From positions 202 to 64,201 of the forward strand of contig JBDLIC010000005.1 in assembly GCA_039715075.1 (NCBI GenBank): 64,000 nt of DNA, given 5' to 3'. Made by a program: the position numbers and the translations under genes. This DNA comes from Nitrospirota bacterium (GTDB taxonomy: Bacteria; Nitrospirota; Thermodesulfovibrionia; UBA6902). A model generated the notes under the pieces. It saw only the letters and a list, made by a program, of their open reading frames with translations, had not been told where the DNA came from and ran no database searches. Each line of letters begins with the position of its first letter. Positions within the stretch are counted from its first letter, which is position 1. Shown in pieces: positions 28,995-39,657 of the stretch.

Positions 28995-31727
28995 TTAGTC
29001 CGGCTTTGTCTCATGTCTGGGCAGTGTAAAGATGAACTTTGCACCCATGTCCATGCTGCTTTTGACCCAGATTTTTCCGCCGTGATATTTTATTATGTGC
29101 TGGCAGATTGAAAGTCCAAGGCCGCTTCCCATCGGTTTTCCCTTTGTCCTGTCTTTTATCTGGTGAAATTTATCAAAGATCTTTTCCTGTTCTAAAGCAG
29201 GTATGCCCGGACCATTATCGGTCACTTCTACTCTTGCGGTACTGTCTTCTGTCTGCATTTTTATATTTACCAGGCCGCTTCCTTTTTCACAGAACTTAAC
29301 TGCATTGGACAGCAGGTTGATGACTACCTGTACCAGTCTGTCGCGGTTTACCATAACAGGGACCGGTTCTGTCGGGAGTTCTTTTTTCAGGGTGACGGAC
29401 TTTTCAATGAAAAGATGGTCGGTTGTGACAAGCCCTTCTTCAATAAGCTCTCTCAGGTCTACCTGCTCCAGTGCCCATTCAGCTGTGCCTGCTTCGATCT
29501 TGGCAACATCCAGCACCTGGTTTATAAGGCGTGAAAGCCTTTCGGACTCCTTGACCACATTTCCCAGAAACTGCTGGCGTTTTACCCTGTCCAGTTCAGG
29601 ATTGTTATGAAGTATTTCTGTTAGTGCCCGGATAGCGGTCAGGGGTGTCCGTAGTTCATGACTTACAATAGAGACAAATTCGTCCTTCATGCGGTCAAGT
29701 TCTTTAAGGCGCTCATTGGCCTCCTGCAGTTCTTTTGACGCGTCTTCCAGTTCGCGCGATTTTTGCTCCAGTTTATGGCTGTATTCTATAACGTGTGATG
29801 CTTCATCGAGTATCTTCATTACCCCTTCCATGCTAAGGGCCTCTCCCTGAACTACGGATGAGACCATGACCCGTGCAGAAGCAGAGCCTATTGCACCGGA
29901 CAGCTCGCGTTCAGCAAAGTCCACAAGGTTTGCGTCTGCCTGGGCATTTATATCCAGTGTGATGCCGCGTTTTCTTTCGTATTCGGTAAATGACCTTTCT
30001 GCACGTATATGCCCGACGAGGCGCGCCACAAGGTCCTTTATTTCCGCAACGGTTGATGTGCCGCTCCAGAGACGTGTTTCTCCTGCATCAATATTCTGCC
30101 TGAAGACGTCGACAAAGAGCGTGGCCTGGAGCTGTTCGAAAGCATTCTGCCGGCTGAATAAAGAAACGCTGATCAGCAATCCTATGTTAAAAAGCATGCT
30201 CCAGAAAACTGAATGCGTCAGAGGATCGAACATATCAAGACCAAATAATGCGTACGGTGCAAGCAGTTTGATCCTGAAAGGTCCCTCTGATAGAAACGAT
30301 GCGGATATCCATCCTGACTTTGCGAATGAAGGGAGCAGGAGGGTGTAGATCCACATCAGAAACCCACCAAGAAGACCGGTCATTGCTCCAATCTTGCTTG
30401 CTCCTTTCCAGTAAATACCGATCAGAATCGGGGGGGCAAATTGTGCTGCTGCTGCAAACGACATAAGGCCGATGGTGACCAGTGCGTATGATTCACCGAT
30501 AAAATGAAAAAACAGATAGCCGAGAAGCAGTACCCCTATAATGCTGCCGCGCCGGATCGCGATCAGTACACGGCTCAGGTCTTCTGACTGAAGTGTCCTG
30601 ACACGCAAGAGAACAGGCATTACGAGATCATTGCATATCATTGTTGACAGGGCAATAGTTGCGACGATTACCATGCCAGTTGCAGCTGACAGACCGCCAA
30701 GAAATACAAACAGCGCCAGTAATTCCTGATTGTGAGCGAGCGGCAGAGTAAGCACAAAAGTATCCGGATTGACCGGACTGCCGTGAAAATGCAGCAGTCC
30801 TGAAAAGGATATGGGAAGGACAAAAATATTTATCGCAAGCAGGTAAAGAGGGAAGAGCCAGAGCGCCTTTTTAAGATGGGCCTCATTCACATTTTCTACT
30901 GCCAGTATATGGAACTGCCGCGGGAGAAACATGATCGCACTCATGGACAGGAATGTAAGTGTCAGCCAGGAAGTATATCCACCTGACATGGCTTCTATAC
31001 TGAACAGTTTTTTAAGCTCAACATGCTGCATGGCACTTTTGAACAGCTCCCCCGGTCCGCTGAAAAGAATAAATGTCACAAAAATACCGACTGATGTGAA
31101 AGCTAGAAGTTTCACCACAGATTCAAATGCAATGGCTGCAACCAGCCCTTCGTGTCTTTCCGTTGCATCTATATGCCGGGTACCGAACAGAATGGAAAAA
31201 ATTGCCATTATCATTGCTACATACAGGCCGGTATCCTTCCATAGTGGTGCGTCACTTAATGTGGAGGATGCGGATTCCGGATAGAGGTGAAGGACGTTGA
31301 AGCTTGTTGAAACAGCATTGAGCTGAAGGGAAATATACGGCATGATGCCGACTACGGCAATAATGGTAACGAGTCCGCCCATCAGGGAGCTTTTACCATA
31401 TCTGGAAGCAATAAAGTCGGCAATCGTGGTTATACGGTGGACCTTCGTAATCCTGACTATCTTTCGCAGCATAGAACACCATAGGGCTGCAATGAGAGTA
31501 GGCCCCAGATATATCGGCAGGAACCCGACTCCTGTCTGTGCCGCACGGCCGACACTTCCGTAGAAAGTCCATGCTGTGCAGTAAACGGCGATGGACAGTG
31601 TATAGATATACGGGTTACTGATTATTGAACGCCCGGCATCTGCACGCTTATCTCCATAGTAAGCGATAGCAAACAGGAGCGAGAGATAAGCAAAAGCGAT
31701 GATCAGAATGAACCATTCATGTAACAT
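28995..31727 (-). CDS. sodium:solute symporter-domain sensor histidine kinase (CrbS/CbrA-like)
   Basis: N-terminal multi-TM SSS domain (YCTAWTFYGSVG, LPRQFH), STAC-like GAIGSASARV, SHELRTPL, NLLSNAVKF, DNGPGI, GSGLGL. Confidence 0.92.
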   Translation of the reverse strand: MLHEWFILIIAFAYLSLLFAIAYYGDKRADAGRSIISNPYIYTLSIAVYCTAWTFYGSVGRAAQTGVGFLPIYLGPTLIAALWCSMLRKIVRITKVHRITTIADFIASRYGKSSLMGGLVTIIAVVGIMPYISLQLNAVSTSFNVLHLYPESASSTLSDAPLWKDTGLYVAMIMAIFSILFGTRHIDATERHEGLVAAIAFESVVKLLAFTSVGIFVTFILFSGPGELFKSAMQHVELKKLFSIEAMSGGYTSWLTLTFLSMSAIMFLPRQFHILAVENVNEAHLKKALWLFPLYLLAINIFVLPISFSGLLHFHGSPVNPDTFVLTLPLAHNQELLALFVFLGGLSAATGMVIVATIALSTMICNDLVMPVLLRVRTLQSEDLSRVLIAIRRGSIIGVLLLGYLFFHFIGESYALVTIGLMSFAAAAQFAPPILIGIYWKGASKIGAMTGLLGGFLMWIYTLLLPSFAKSGWISASFLSEGPFRIKLLAPYALFGLDMFDPLTHSVFWSMLFNIGLLISVSLFSRQNAFEQLQATLFVDVFRQNIDAGETRLWSGTSTVAEIKDLVARLVGHIRAERSFTEYERKRGITLDINAQADANLVDFAERELSGAIGSASARVMVSSVVQGEALSMEGVMKILDEASHVIEYSHKLEQKSRELEDASKELQEANERLKELDRMKDEFVSIVSHELRTPLTAIRALTEILHNNPELDRVKRQQFLGNVVKESERLSRLINQVLDVAKIEAGTAEWALEQVDLRELIEEGLVTTDHLFIEKSVTLKKELPTEPVPVMVNRDRLVQVVINLLSNAVKFCEKGSGLVNIKMQTEDSTARVEVTDNGPGIPALEQEKIFDKFHQIKDRTKGKPMGSGLGLSICQHIIKYHGGKIWVKSSMDMGAKFIFTLPRHETKPD

Positions 31728-31728
31728 G

Positions 31729-31971
31729 TCAGACGGAATCTCCGGTTCCCTTATGTTTGGAATTGGATTCAGACGGTTCGCGTTTTTCCATTATAGCAGC
31801 GGCCAGCCCGATGAACACGGCCCAGAATACGAAAAGGTATAAATAGAGAGCCGGTATGCCGAACCATAAAACGGTTTTACTGAACAGGGCCATCAATGGA
31901 TAATTTATGGCTATGAGCCCTAACAGCAGGAGGCCTGCTAATCGTTCACGCTGACGTTTTGTTACTGACAT
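31729..31971 (-). CDS. small two-TM membrane protein accompanying the SSS kinase
   Basis: 80 aa, NYP...WFGIPALYLYLF; 1 nt upstream of kinase start. Confidence 0.8.
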   Translation of the reverse strand: MSVTKRQRERLAGLLLLGLIAINYPLMALFSKTVLWFGIPALYLYLFVFWAVFIGLAAAIMEKREPSESNSKHKGTGDSV

Positions 31972-32037
31972 GGTTACTTCTCCATCTGTTACTCTCAGGC
32001 CGTCCCTGATGATAAAGGTACTGCAATAAATAGAATG

Positions 32038-34137
32038 TTAAAATTGCGCCTGTTGTTTTCGTATTTCAAACATTTTTCTAGATGCATCAAGGGCTTCCCC
32101 CAGTGTTGTTATGCCGCGCTCATTCAAAAGGTCCAGCAACTTCACAAATATCTGTGCAGTGACAAGAGAATCTCCCAGTGCTGTATGACGTCCTATAACA
32201 TCTACCCCGAGCCTGACGGCTATTGCGTTTAGTGTGTGATCATTAGCATGGTCGTGCACGAAGACTGACAGCAGAAGGGTATCAAGTACCGGGTTATCAA
32301 ACTTTACTCTGCACTCCCTTTCCTTGAGTCTGATAAATTTCATATCAAAGGCCGCGTTATGCGCAACAAGAACAGCATCTCCTGCAAATGTCTTGAACTG
32401 GGGCAGTACTCTCTGTATCGTCGGTTTATCTTTGACCATTTCATCGGTAATTCCGTGAAAGCGGAGAGAACTCTCTGGAATATGACGGCGGGGATTAACC
32501 ATACGCTCAAAGGTTTCTCCGGTTACAATTCTTCGATTTACAATACTGACGCCTGCTATGGATATGATTTCATCTCCCTGTGAAGGGAGTAACCCTGTTG
32601 TTTCTGTATCAAAGACAATATATGTCAGAGTGGAAAGAGGCAGGTCGATTATACTGCCAATGTCCATTTGTTCTTCAATCAGCTCAAAATCGTAAAATTC
32701 AGGCCGCTCCGGCAGCTTATCTTCCGGCCTTTCCCACTGTCTTTTGGAATTGGGTAATGGCATACGAAGTGCGGCAAACCCTTCCCGTCTATGCTTCATG
32801 CTCCAGATATCACTGTCATGGCGGTTGAGTACATCCTTTACCCGTACCGATCCGATACTCTCGGGAAGGACCTGGTTGATCCATTCGGTAATTTCCGGAT
32901 GCGGCACCGGGTTCCCATGCCATATGAAATCGAGATATACCCGGCGGTCGCCTATTAACGCTTCAATTTCGATTTCCGGGACCCCGTATAGAGCTTGAAT
33001 ACGAAGCGCCAGGAATTCCATTACAAGCATTATTGAATGACTGTCAACACGAAGCCAGAGCGGAGCACCGGTTATTTTTGTCACGGGGCCCCTGCTTTTT
33101 TTCAGCCGCATGGACATGCCGTTGATGAGATCGGCAGAATACACATCGGTCAATATCCATTGGCTTATATAAAGGGAGCGGCATTCTTTAGTGATGTATT
33201 CAAAGCGGTTGGTCAGTATAATGCTTTGCTGCACTATGATGTTTTCAAAAGCGCTGCGCATCTCCGGGACCATCCTCGGGTATTCCTGCAGGTTTTCAGC
33301 CGCAGCACGAAGGCTGGCAAGCGGGGCCCTTAAATGATCAACCGCAGAACGGAGAAGATTATCTCTGCGCTTGACAATATCAACCTGATAGGTCACATCA
33401 TCAAATGTCATGATAAAAACTGGCTTGACTTTGTCTTTTGCTGTTAAGAGGCTCATACGGCAATGGAGGAGTGTTCCGTCAGCTACCGTGGCGCAAACAA
33501 ACTGGGCTTCAATCTCTTTCTTTTCGAGAGAGTGACGGTGAAGGAGCATTTCCAGAGTGTGTTCAATGGGGGCCCTGGTGCATATACTGTAAAGTGACCG
33601 TCTCAAGCCCAGGGCCTCACTGTTTTTAAAGAGCCGCTGTGCTGCAGGATTATAGAGTGAAATCCTGCCGTCCATGTCACACACGACAACTCCCTCCTGT
33701 ATCTTCTTGAGGATGATCTCGAGCCATGCCTTCTTTTGTTCCATTTCTGCTGCGCCTGATGCCAACGCTATCGCAATTTCATGTTTTGCCTTGTCCAGTG
33801 CTTTTCCCAGCTTATGAAGCTTTTCTGGTATATCTCCAAGCATATGAGATTCGGGCAACTCAAGCTTATGGGCAGGATTTGTGGTTGTTATGATTTCAGA
33901 TCCCCGGGAGAGAGTATCAAGGGGCTTAAAGAGGTCTCTGTCAAGAATTGCCCAGAATATTGCGAGTGCTACTGTAAGGAGGAGTATCCCGCCGCCGACG
34001 TACAATATCATCCGGGATGTGAGGAAGGGATTGTCTTTTGATAATATAGTGATGTTCCATATGCTGCCGGCAAAGAGCAGTACTTCAAGGACTACTATGC
34101 TTGCAAAAAGGCTCCAGAATTTTACTCTGTTATTCAT
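32038..34137 (-). CDS. membrane HAMP-PAS-degenerate kinase-DEDDh 3'-5' exonuclease fusion
   Basis: 2 TM; [22 protein letters not shown]; HisKA-like VDHLRAPL; exonuclease motifs FDTETTG, AHNAAFD, HTALGD. Confidence 0.88.
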   Translation of the reverse strand: MNNRVKFWSLFASIVVLEVLLFAGSIWNITILSKDNPFLTSRMILYVGGGILLLTVALAIFWAILDRDLFKPLDTLSRGSEIITTTNPAHKLELPESHMLGDIPEKLHKLGKALDKAKHEIAIALASGAAEMEQKKAWLEIILKKIQEGVVVCDMDGRISLYNPAAQRLFKNSEALGLRRSLYSICTRAPIEHTLEMLLHRHSLEKKEIEAQFVCATVADGTLLHCRMSLLTAKDKVKPVFIMTFDDVTYQVDIVKRRDNLLRSAVDHLRAPLASLRAAAENLQEYPRMVPEMRSAFENIIVQQSIILTNRFEYITKECRSLYISQWILTDVYSADLINGMSMRLKKSRGPVTKITGAPLWLRVDSHSIMLVMEFLALRIQALYGVPEIEIEALIGDRRVYLDFIWHGNPVPHPEITEWINQVLPESIGSVRVKDVLNRHDSDIWSMKHRREGFAALRMPLPNSKRQWERPEDKLPERPEFYDFELIEEQMDIGSIIDLPLSTLTYIVFDTETTGLLPSQGDEIISIAGVSIVNRRIVTGETFERMVNPRRHIPESSLRFHGITDEMVKDKPTIQRVLPQFKTFAGDAVLVAHNAAFDMKFIRLKERECRVKFDNPVLDTLLLSVFVHDHANDHTLNAIAVRLGVDVIGRHTALGDSLVTAQIFVKLLDLLNERGITTLGEALDASRKMFEIRKQQAQF

Positions 34138-34169
34138 AAATACAGGACTTTGAGGTCACTTTACCTCAG

Positions 34170-34209
34170 GGACCGGGTCAAAAACACCTGATTGTTTTTG
34201 CCCCGGTCC
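34170..34209. other. intra-operon 17-bp hairpin
   Basis: GGACCGGGTCAAAAACA-CCTGAT-TGTTTTTGCCCCGGTCC, 16/17 matched. Confidence 0.6.
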
Positions 34210-34583
34210 TAAGAGGAACTTTCAAGGATCATGTTTACTTTTTTAATCAGTTCCTGGGTTGCAAATGGTTTTGTAATATAATCGTCAGCACCAAGCGCAA
34301 GCCCTTTTTCCCGATCAACTTCTCGTCCTTTTGCTGTCAGTAGTATGATTTTAGTTTCTTTCCATTCAGGGTTGGCCCGGATTGTCTGGCATACCTCGAA
34401 GCCATCGCGTTTTGGCATCATTATGTCCAAAAGTATAAGATCAGGCAATGTTTCACGTACAGACTGCAATGCCTCATCGCCGTCGGTTGCAGTGTGCACA
34501 TCATATCCCTCCTGCTCCATCAGAAATTCCAGAGAGAGCAGTATGCTTGGCTCGTCATCAACAAGAAGAATTTTTTTTGACAT
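34209..34583 (-). CDS. single-domain response regulator (receiver only)
   Basis: LLVDDE, LLDIMMP, LTAK, YITKPF. Confidence 0.93.
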   Translation of the reverse strand: MSKKILLVDDEPSILLSLEFLMEQEGYDVHTATDGDEALQSVRETLPDLILLDIMMPKRDGFEVCQTIRANPEWKETKIILLTAKGREVDREKGLALGADDYITKPFATQELIKKVNMILESSS

Positions 34584-34865
34584 TGATCTCTTTTACCTTC
34601 TGGTTAGATTAGTAATAAACATTCTTATCCCGATAGTTAGTACATTAATTCTATAAACTAGTCTATCATATTCACCACCTAAGGGCGAGAAATTTGTATA
34701 AGAACTGTGAGGGAAATAAGAGGGCCGCAGCACCGGGCTGCTTTCTTATCTGTTTTTTCAATGGGTCCTTTTCGTTCTGTGTGATTTGAATTACAGTTTT
34801 TCTGACAAATTGGTAATACAATGAAAGTAAGCATGGAAAATAAATGGGAAATCAATGGAGGCTAA

Positions 34866-35252
34866 ATGGTAATTCAAAGAATGGTATTAAGATTAAAGAA
34901 CAAGTCGTTGCTGAAAGGAACAACCAGAAATTTTTCTCCCACTAAGACATCTTTTCACCTGACCCTTTTGACTGGTAAGATGGTAACAGTTGATCTCGAA
35001 AATTTAAAGGCCGCTTTCTTCGTTAAGAATTTTAAGGGTGACAAGGATTACAAATATACTTATAGAGACTATATCCCCTGGGGTGGAAATAAGGTCAAGG
35101 TACAGTTTATCGACGGGGAAGTTATGATTGGTTATACGTCGCACTATCCTTATGGTGACCAGGGCTTCTTTATTAAGCCGGCTGATTTGCAGGGTAATAA
35201 CGAGCGGGTTTATGTGGTAGCTTCTTCAGCAGAAAATATAACTTTCTTATAA
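34866..35252 (+). CDS. hypothetical protein (DUF6982-like two-repeat beta protein)
   Basis: LKGTT.NF, LKAAFFVKNF.G, V.F.DGE...G, GFF..PAD..GNN. Confidence 0.7.
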   Translation: MVIQRMVLRLKNKSLLKGTTRNFSPTKTSFHLTLLTGKMVTVDLENLKAAFFVKNFKGDKDYKYTYRDYIPWGGNKVKVQFIDGEVMIGYTSHYPYGDQGFFIKPADLQGNNERVYVVASSAENITFL

Positions 35253-35369
35253 TTTTCCGCAAAAATACTGAAAACCCGGCTGTTTGAACTGCTCCTCACA
35301 AAACTAATATATATTCAGTGAATTACATTTGTGTTTACATTTTAAGACAAAATCTGCTTTTTTCTTAAT

Positions 35370-35398
35370 TAGACAATTTACAGGTATGTACTTATAAT
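35370..35398 (+). promoter_or_regulatory. sigma70 promoter of FKBP gene
   Basis: TAGACA-N17-TATAAT. Confidence 0.6.
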
Positions 35399-35441
35399 AC
35401 ATTTTTACTAAACAGAACCTATTGAAAAGAATGGAGGATAA

Positions 35442-36128
35442 ATGAGATTAATTGCAGTTGTATTTGGGGTGTTGTTTTTAGCAGGGACCATTTATGCTGA
35501 AGGAGATTCAGTTTTAAAGACTGAACGGGACAGGGTCAGCTATACTATCGGCCTGGATATCGGGAACAACCTGAAGGGCCAATCAATAGATGTTGATCCC
35601 GATATTTTTTCCAGGGGAGTAAAGGATGCGCTTACCGGGAGTAATCCGATGTTAACAGAGAAGGAAATCCAGGAAACAATGGCGAACTTCAAGAAGGAAA
35701 TGCAGATAAAACAGGCAACCCGCATGAAGGAGCTGGGAGAAAAGAAAAAGAAAGAAGGAGAGGCCTTTCTGACAAAGAATGGGAAGAAGAAAGGGGTAAC
35801 TACTCTGAAGAGCGGACTGCAATATGAGGTCATTAAAGAGGGCAACGGCAAGACTCCTGAATCCGCAGATACGGTTTCTGTACATTACCGCGGTACTCTG
35901 ATTGACGGGAATGAATTTGACAGTTCCTTTAAACGTGGCCAGCCTGCATCATTCCAGGTTGGAGGAGTGATTAAGGGGTGGACCGAGGCCCTGCAGCTTA
36001 TGAAGACAGGAGCAAAGTGGAAGCTTTTTATCCCTTCTGACCTTGCATATGGAGAGCGGGGAGCAGGCAGGAGTATAGGTCCTAATGAAACGCTGATTTT
36101 TGAAGTGGAGCTTCTTGCAATAAAATAA
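35442..36128 (+). CDS. FKBP-type peptidyl-prolyl isomerase (FkpA/Mip family), exported
   Basis: signal peptide, SYTIG, SGLQY, VHYRGTL, FDSS, VIKGWTEAL, LAYG. Confidence 0.95.
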   Translation: MRLIAVVFGVLFLAGTIYAEGDSVLKTERDRVSYTIGLDIGNNLKGQSIDVDPDIFSRGVKDALTGSNPMLTEKEIQETMANFKKEMQIKQATRMKELGEKKKKEGEAFLTKNGKKKGVTTLKSGLQYEVIKEGNGKTPESADTVSVHYRGTLIDGNEFDSSFKRGQPASFQVGGVIKGWTEALQLMKTGAKWKLFIPSDLAYGERGAGRSIGPNETLIFEVELLAIK

Positions 36129-36816
36129 GAATGTAAGGCCATAACTGTAGATTACCCGGGCAGGCTACGTCTGCCCGAAGCTCAAACAAGCAACAAATTA
36201 TATCTTCCTGGAAAATATCCCTGCTTATTGTAGGAGCCCCCTGATATACTGCCTATATTTGTTATAACAATGGAATATTAAGACAGGTAGAAATCTGCGA
36301 TAAATAACTTGATCTTAAATGCCCAAAGAAAGAATCGAGAAACTGTAAAAAGTAATTACAGTAAAGTAGGCGTTTAGGTAACCATCTGACAAATCCCCTG
36401 ATCTGCTTATTGACTTTAACGAGATTTAACAGGATGTCACGGGAGACTGCAATCGGAGAGAAGCTCCTACTGAAATATTTGAATATAAGCTGAAAAAATG
36501 AATGGTTGACCTTATTGTAGATTCATCGCTTGTTACAGGTGTCTTATTGTCTGATTTCAAAATTTATATGGCCCTAACCGTTGCTTAGTGTGTTGGATTT
36601 CAGATGCTGATATGGAGAGGGAAGTGTTAAGAAAGTTGACATATTCCCTTTTCTCCTCAAAAATTCATCCTTATCCCAAGAGTCAATGCTGCTGCCAAAT
36701 CAAATAGAAAAATAGAAATAGAAGATGAATTGTGTGAAAACGCTCACTATATGTGTTATTTAAAGCAACCAAATGGATCGTATGAATAAAAAGTCTTTAT
36801 TTTTAATGGCTTTAAG

Positions 36817-36833
36817 TTGGTATGCTATTTGCT
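36817..36833 (+). promoter_or_regulatory. candidate sigma54 promoter
   Basis: TTGGTATGCTATTTGCT = GG-N10-GC, about 90 bp upstream of the NHL gene after a long AT-rich intergenic region. Confidence 0.6.
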
Positions 36834-36922
36834 ATTTAAAATGCAGTTGAAAAGCAACCTGACAGTTTTGACTTTTAAATATTAGTAAATGAGTATATGT
36901 ATTTTGCTGTGTGAGGGAAAAA

Positions 36923-39169
36923 ATGAAACTAGCTAGAATTACACACATTTTTATCGTAACTCTGCTTACCTTGTCATTTTTTTTGTTCGCTTCCCCAAAC
37001 ATTCTCAATGCAGTTATGCCTCAACATGAGAAACTCAGTTCAATAACAGAAAATCTGTCAAAACCACAAAAAGTAGCGCTTGATAATAATGAAAATATTT
37101 TTGTTACTGTACCTAAAGACAATAAAATCCTGCTATATAATGCAATCGGTGAATACAAAAAGGCTTTCTTCGGTTTCCAGACACCGATCAGCATTGCTGT
37201 AGATAATACCAACAGAATATTTGTAGGAAATGAAGCATCAGGAAATGTTGTGGCTTATAGCTTGGATAATAATGGAGATCTTGTACAACTTTTTGAACTC
37301 GGAACTGGTGCCGGTGAGTTTTCCAAGCCGAGCTCTATAGCAATAGACGGTATCAGCGGAAATATTTATGTGGCAGATATGGTTGAGGATGTTGTTAAGA
37401 TTTATTCCAGTAGCGGTGTATCTTCTGGATCATTCGGGACTTCAGGCAGTGGAAACGGACAGTTCAATAAGCCGGTTTCTATTGCAATAGATGAAATTAT
37501 GGGTGAGATCATGGTTCTGGACCGTGGACTGGTCGTGGATATGTTCGGAGCTGAGTCTGAGGGAGCAGAGATTCAGGTTTTTAATATGAGTGGTGTATTT
37601 CAGAGAACCTTTGGAACGTACGGTTGGGATGAGGGACAGATGAAGAGACCTCAGGGCATAGAAATAGATGAATCGAGCAGAGTATATATTATTGACTCCT
37701 TATTTCAGTTTATTTATATTTTTGACAACAACGGCGTTTACGAAGGTAAAATTTCAGATGTTATTGAACCGATAAGATCTCCAATGGGTATTGTAATCGG
37801 CGGAAGTGAAAGAGTATTCATTACATCAATTACCCGTGATAAATATGACATATACAGAGTTTCAGACGCAGACAGTGCGTATATTGAAGCAAGTCCCAGG
37901 ACAGATGATTTTGCTATCGTTGATGTTAACAGTGTTTCAGCAGCCAGGACTGTGGAAGTGTTTAACCTGGGTAACCTGGGTTTCACATTAGGATCAAGCA
38001 CAATAACCGGAGCAGATGCATCTGACTTTTCTATTCAGAGCAGCAATTGTTCAGGTACTTTGGGTGCTTCATCAGCATGTACTATTAACGTGATATTTGC
38101 CCCTACAGTAATGGGTGCCAAGAATGCATCTCTTGAAATTCCAAACGATGCACCGAACGAAGGTACTATTGTTATCCCTTTAACAGGAACAGCCAATGAC
38201 CTTCCTGTTGCTGTTATAGGCGGTTCATCGTCCGGCGTAGAAGGGCAGGAGATAGTTTTTGGCGGCTCAGGATCAACAGATAGCGAAGGGAGTATTACCA
38301 GGTATGAGTGGGACGTTGATGGTGACGGTACATATGAATATGAGTCTGCTACGGCAACACAGAGCCATACTTATTCCGCTAATGCCTCCTATACAGTTGG
38401 GTTAAGGGTTACTGATGAGAATAATGCAACGAATGTAGAGACAACAATAATTGATATTTCCGATACTGCTCCGACAGCGGCTTTTTCAGCAGATACTACA
38501 ACTGGAGAAATACCGCTCACAGTTACTTTCTCTAATACCTCCTCCGGTTATGATGCACCTTTAACATATGAATGGGATTTTAATAATGACGGGACTGTTG
38601 ATTCTACCATTGAGAATCCGGTGATTAACTATGAAATTGAAGGAACCTATACAGTATCTCTGAAAGTCAGGGATTCAGATAATACTACACACACTGAGAC
38701 AAAAAATGATTTCATAATTGCCTTAACAGCAGATTCAGACGGTGATGGAATCATGGATGACGGTGATGGCAGCGGTACTGCAGGGGACAATACATGTACA
38801 GGGGGCAATACTGTGAACTGTGATGACAACTGTGTAAGTACTCCAAATGCTGACCAGGCTGACGCGGACAGTGACGGAGTTGGCGATATGTGTGAAAGTT
38901 GTGATCCTCCTGTGAAAATTGGGAGTAATTATTATTACTCAATTCAGTCCGCATATGATGCTGCGGCAGATGGAAGCACTATTCTCGTTCAGAGTGCGGT
39001 CTATATTGACGATATTGTTTTTGATGATGAAATAGGTCAAAAATCAGTTACCATAAGCGGCGGTTATGACTGTACCTATGAGAGCAGTGCCGGCATGAGT
39101 ACGTTGACTGGGATAAATATGTCAATAAACTTCGGAACAGTTTCCCTCGAAAACATTATTCTGGAATAG
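36923..39169 (+). CDS. secreted NHL beta-propeller protein with Ig-like (ASH), 2x PKD, thrombospondin type-3 and C-terminal domains
   Basis: signal peptide; NHL repeats (GEFSKPSSIAID, GQFNKPVSIAID, GQMKRPQGIEID); PKD YEWDVDGDG and YEWDFNNDG; DNCVSTPNADQADADSDGVGD; GAGGG RBS before ATG 36923. Confidence 0.9.
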   Translation: MKLARITHIFIVTLLTLSFFLFASPNILNAVMPQHEKLSSITENLSKPQKVALDNNENIFVTVPKDNKILLYNAIGEYKKAFFGFQTPISIAVDNTNRIFVGNEASGNVVAYSLDNNGDLVQLFELGTGAGEFSKPSSIAIDGISGNIYVADMVEDVVKIYSSSGVSSGSFGTSGSGNGQFNKPVSIAIDEIMGEIMVLDRGLVVDMFGAESEGAEIQVFNMSGVFQRTFGTYGWDEGQMKRPQGIEIDESSRVYIIDSLFQFIYIFDNNGVYEGKISDVIEPIRSPMGIVIGGSERVFITSITRDKYDIYRVSDADSAYIEASPRTDDFAIVDVNSVSAARTVEVFNLGNLGFTLGSSTITGADASDFSIQSSNCSGTLGASSACTINVIFAPTVMGAKNASLEIPNDAPNEGTIVIPLTGTANDLPVAVIGGSSSGVEGQEIVFGGSGSTDSEGSITRYEWDVDGDGTYEYESATATQSHTYSANASYTVGLRVTDENNATNVETTIIDISDTAPTAAFSADTTTGEIPLTVTFSNTSSGYDAPLTYEWDFNNDGTVDSTIENPVINYEIEGTYTVSLKVRDSDNTTHTETKNDFIIALTADSDGDGIMDDGDGSGTAGDNTCTGGNTVNCDDNCVSTPNADQADADSDGVGDMCESCDPPVKIGSNYYYSIQSAYDAAADGSTILVQSAVYIDDIVFDDEIGQKSVTISGGYDCTYESSAGMSTLTGINMSINFGTVSLENIILE

Positions 39170-39208
39170 CGATATACTGAAGACCTGTTGTAAATGTTTT
39201 GGTTGAAT

Positions 39209-39242
39209 AAAAGAGCGTGGATAATCTGCGCCTCTTTTTTTT
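39209..39242 (+). terminator. probable intrinsic terminator
   Basis: imperfect AAGAGCGTGGA/TCTGCGCCTCTT stem plus T tract. Confidence 0.5.
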
Positions 39243-39492
39243 ATTAATAAGAATGTTGTTGACAACATAAGCATACATCCTGCTTCACAGAAACCCCTCT
39301 ATATGGGGATAAGACAGATAATGTCATAGAAATCAGTGAACCAGGACATCTAAAAACAATACTTTAACAGGATTTTTAAGAACCAATTGATAGTGCAGAC
39401 ATTATTTTCTGTTGCTGCTTTTGAAAATAATTCTGTTAAGAGGTGATAACGGGTATTTAGTGAATTAAATGCATAAATAAGGGGAGTAATGA

Positions 39493-39552
39493 ATTTCAGG
39501 AAAACCCTATTTTGTTATTAACTTTATCCTTAGTCGATTTCAGGAAAACCCT
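39493..39552 (+). promoter_or_regulatory. 16-bp perfect direct repeat upstream of cytochrome gene
   Basis: ATTTCAGGAAAACCCT at 39493-39508 and 39537-39552 (44-bp period). Confidence 0.6.
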
Positions 39553-39657
39553 TATTTAGAAAGATATCAGAAATACGATATAGTATAAAAGCATACCTTA
39601 TTTAATGATTCTAATAAATAAAGCAGACTTTTTTACCTGAGCATTAGAATATTAGCC

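Noticed and set aside
32038-34137. Replicative DNA polymerase III epsilon subunit (dnaQ)
   Set aside because: The DEDDh domain is fused to TM, HAMP and PAS regions within a signalling operon
36130-36900. Riboswitch or ncRNA in the long intergenic region
   Set aside because: No c-di-GMP, cobalamin, SAM or TPP consensus recognised by eye; an Rfam/Infernal scan would be needed to exclude one
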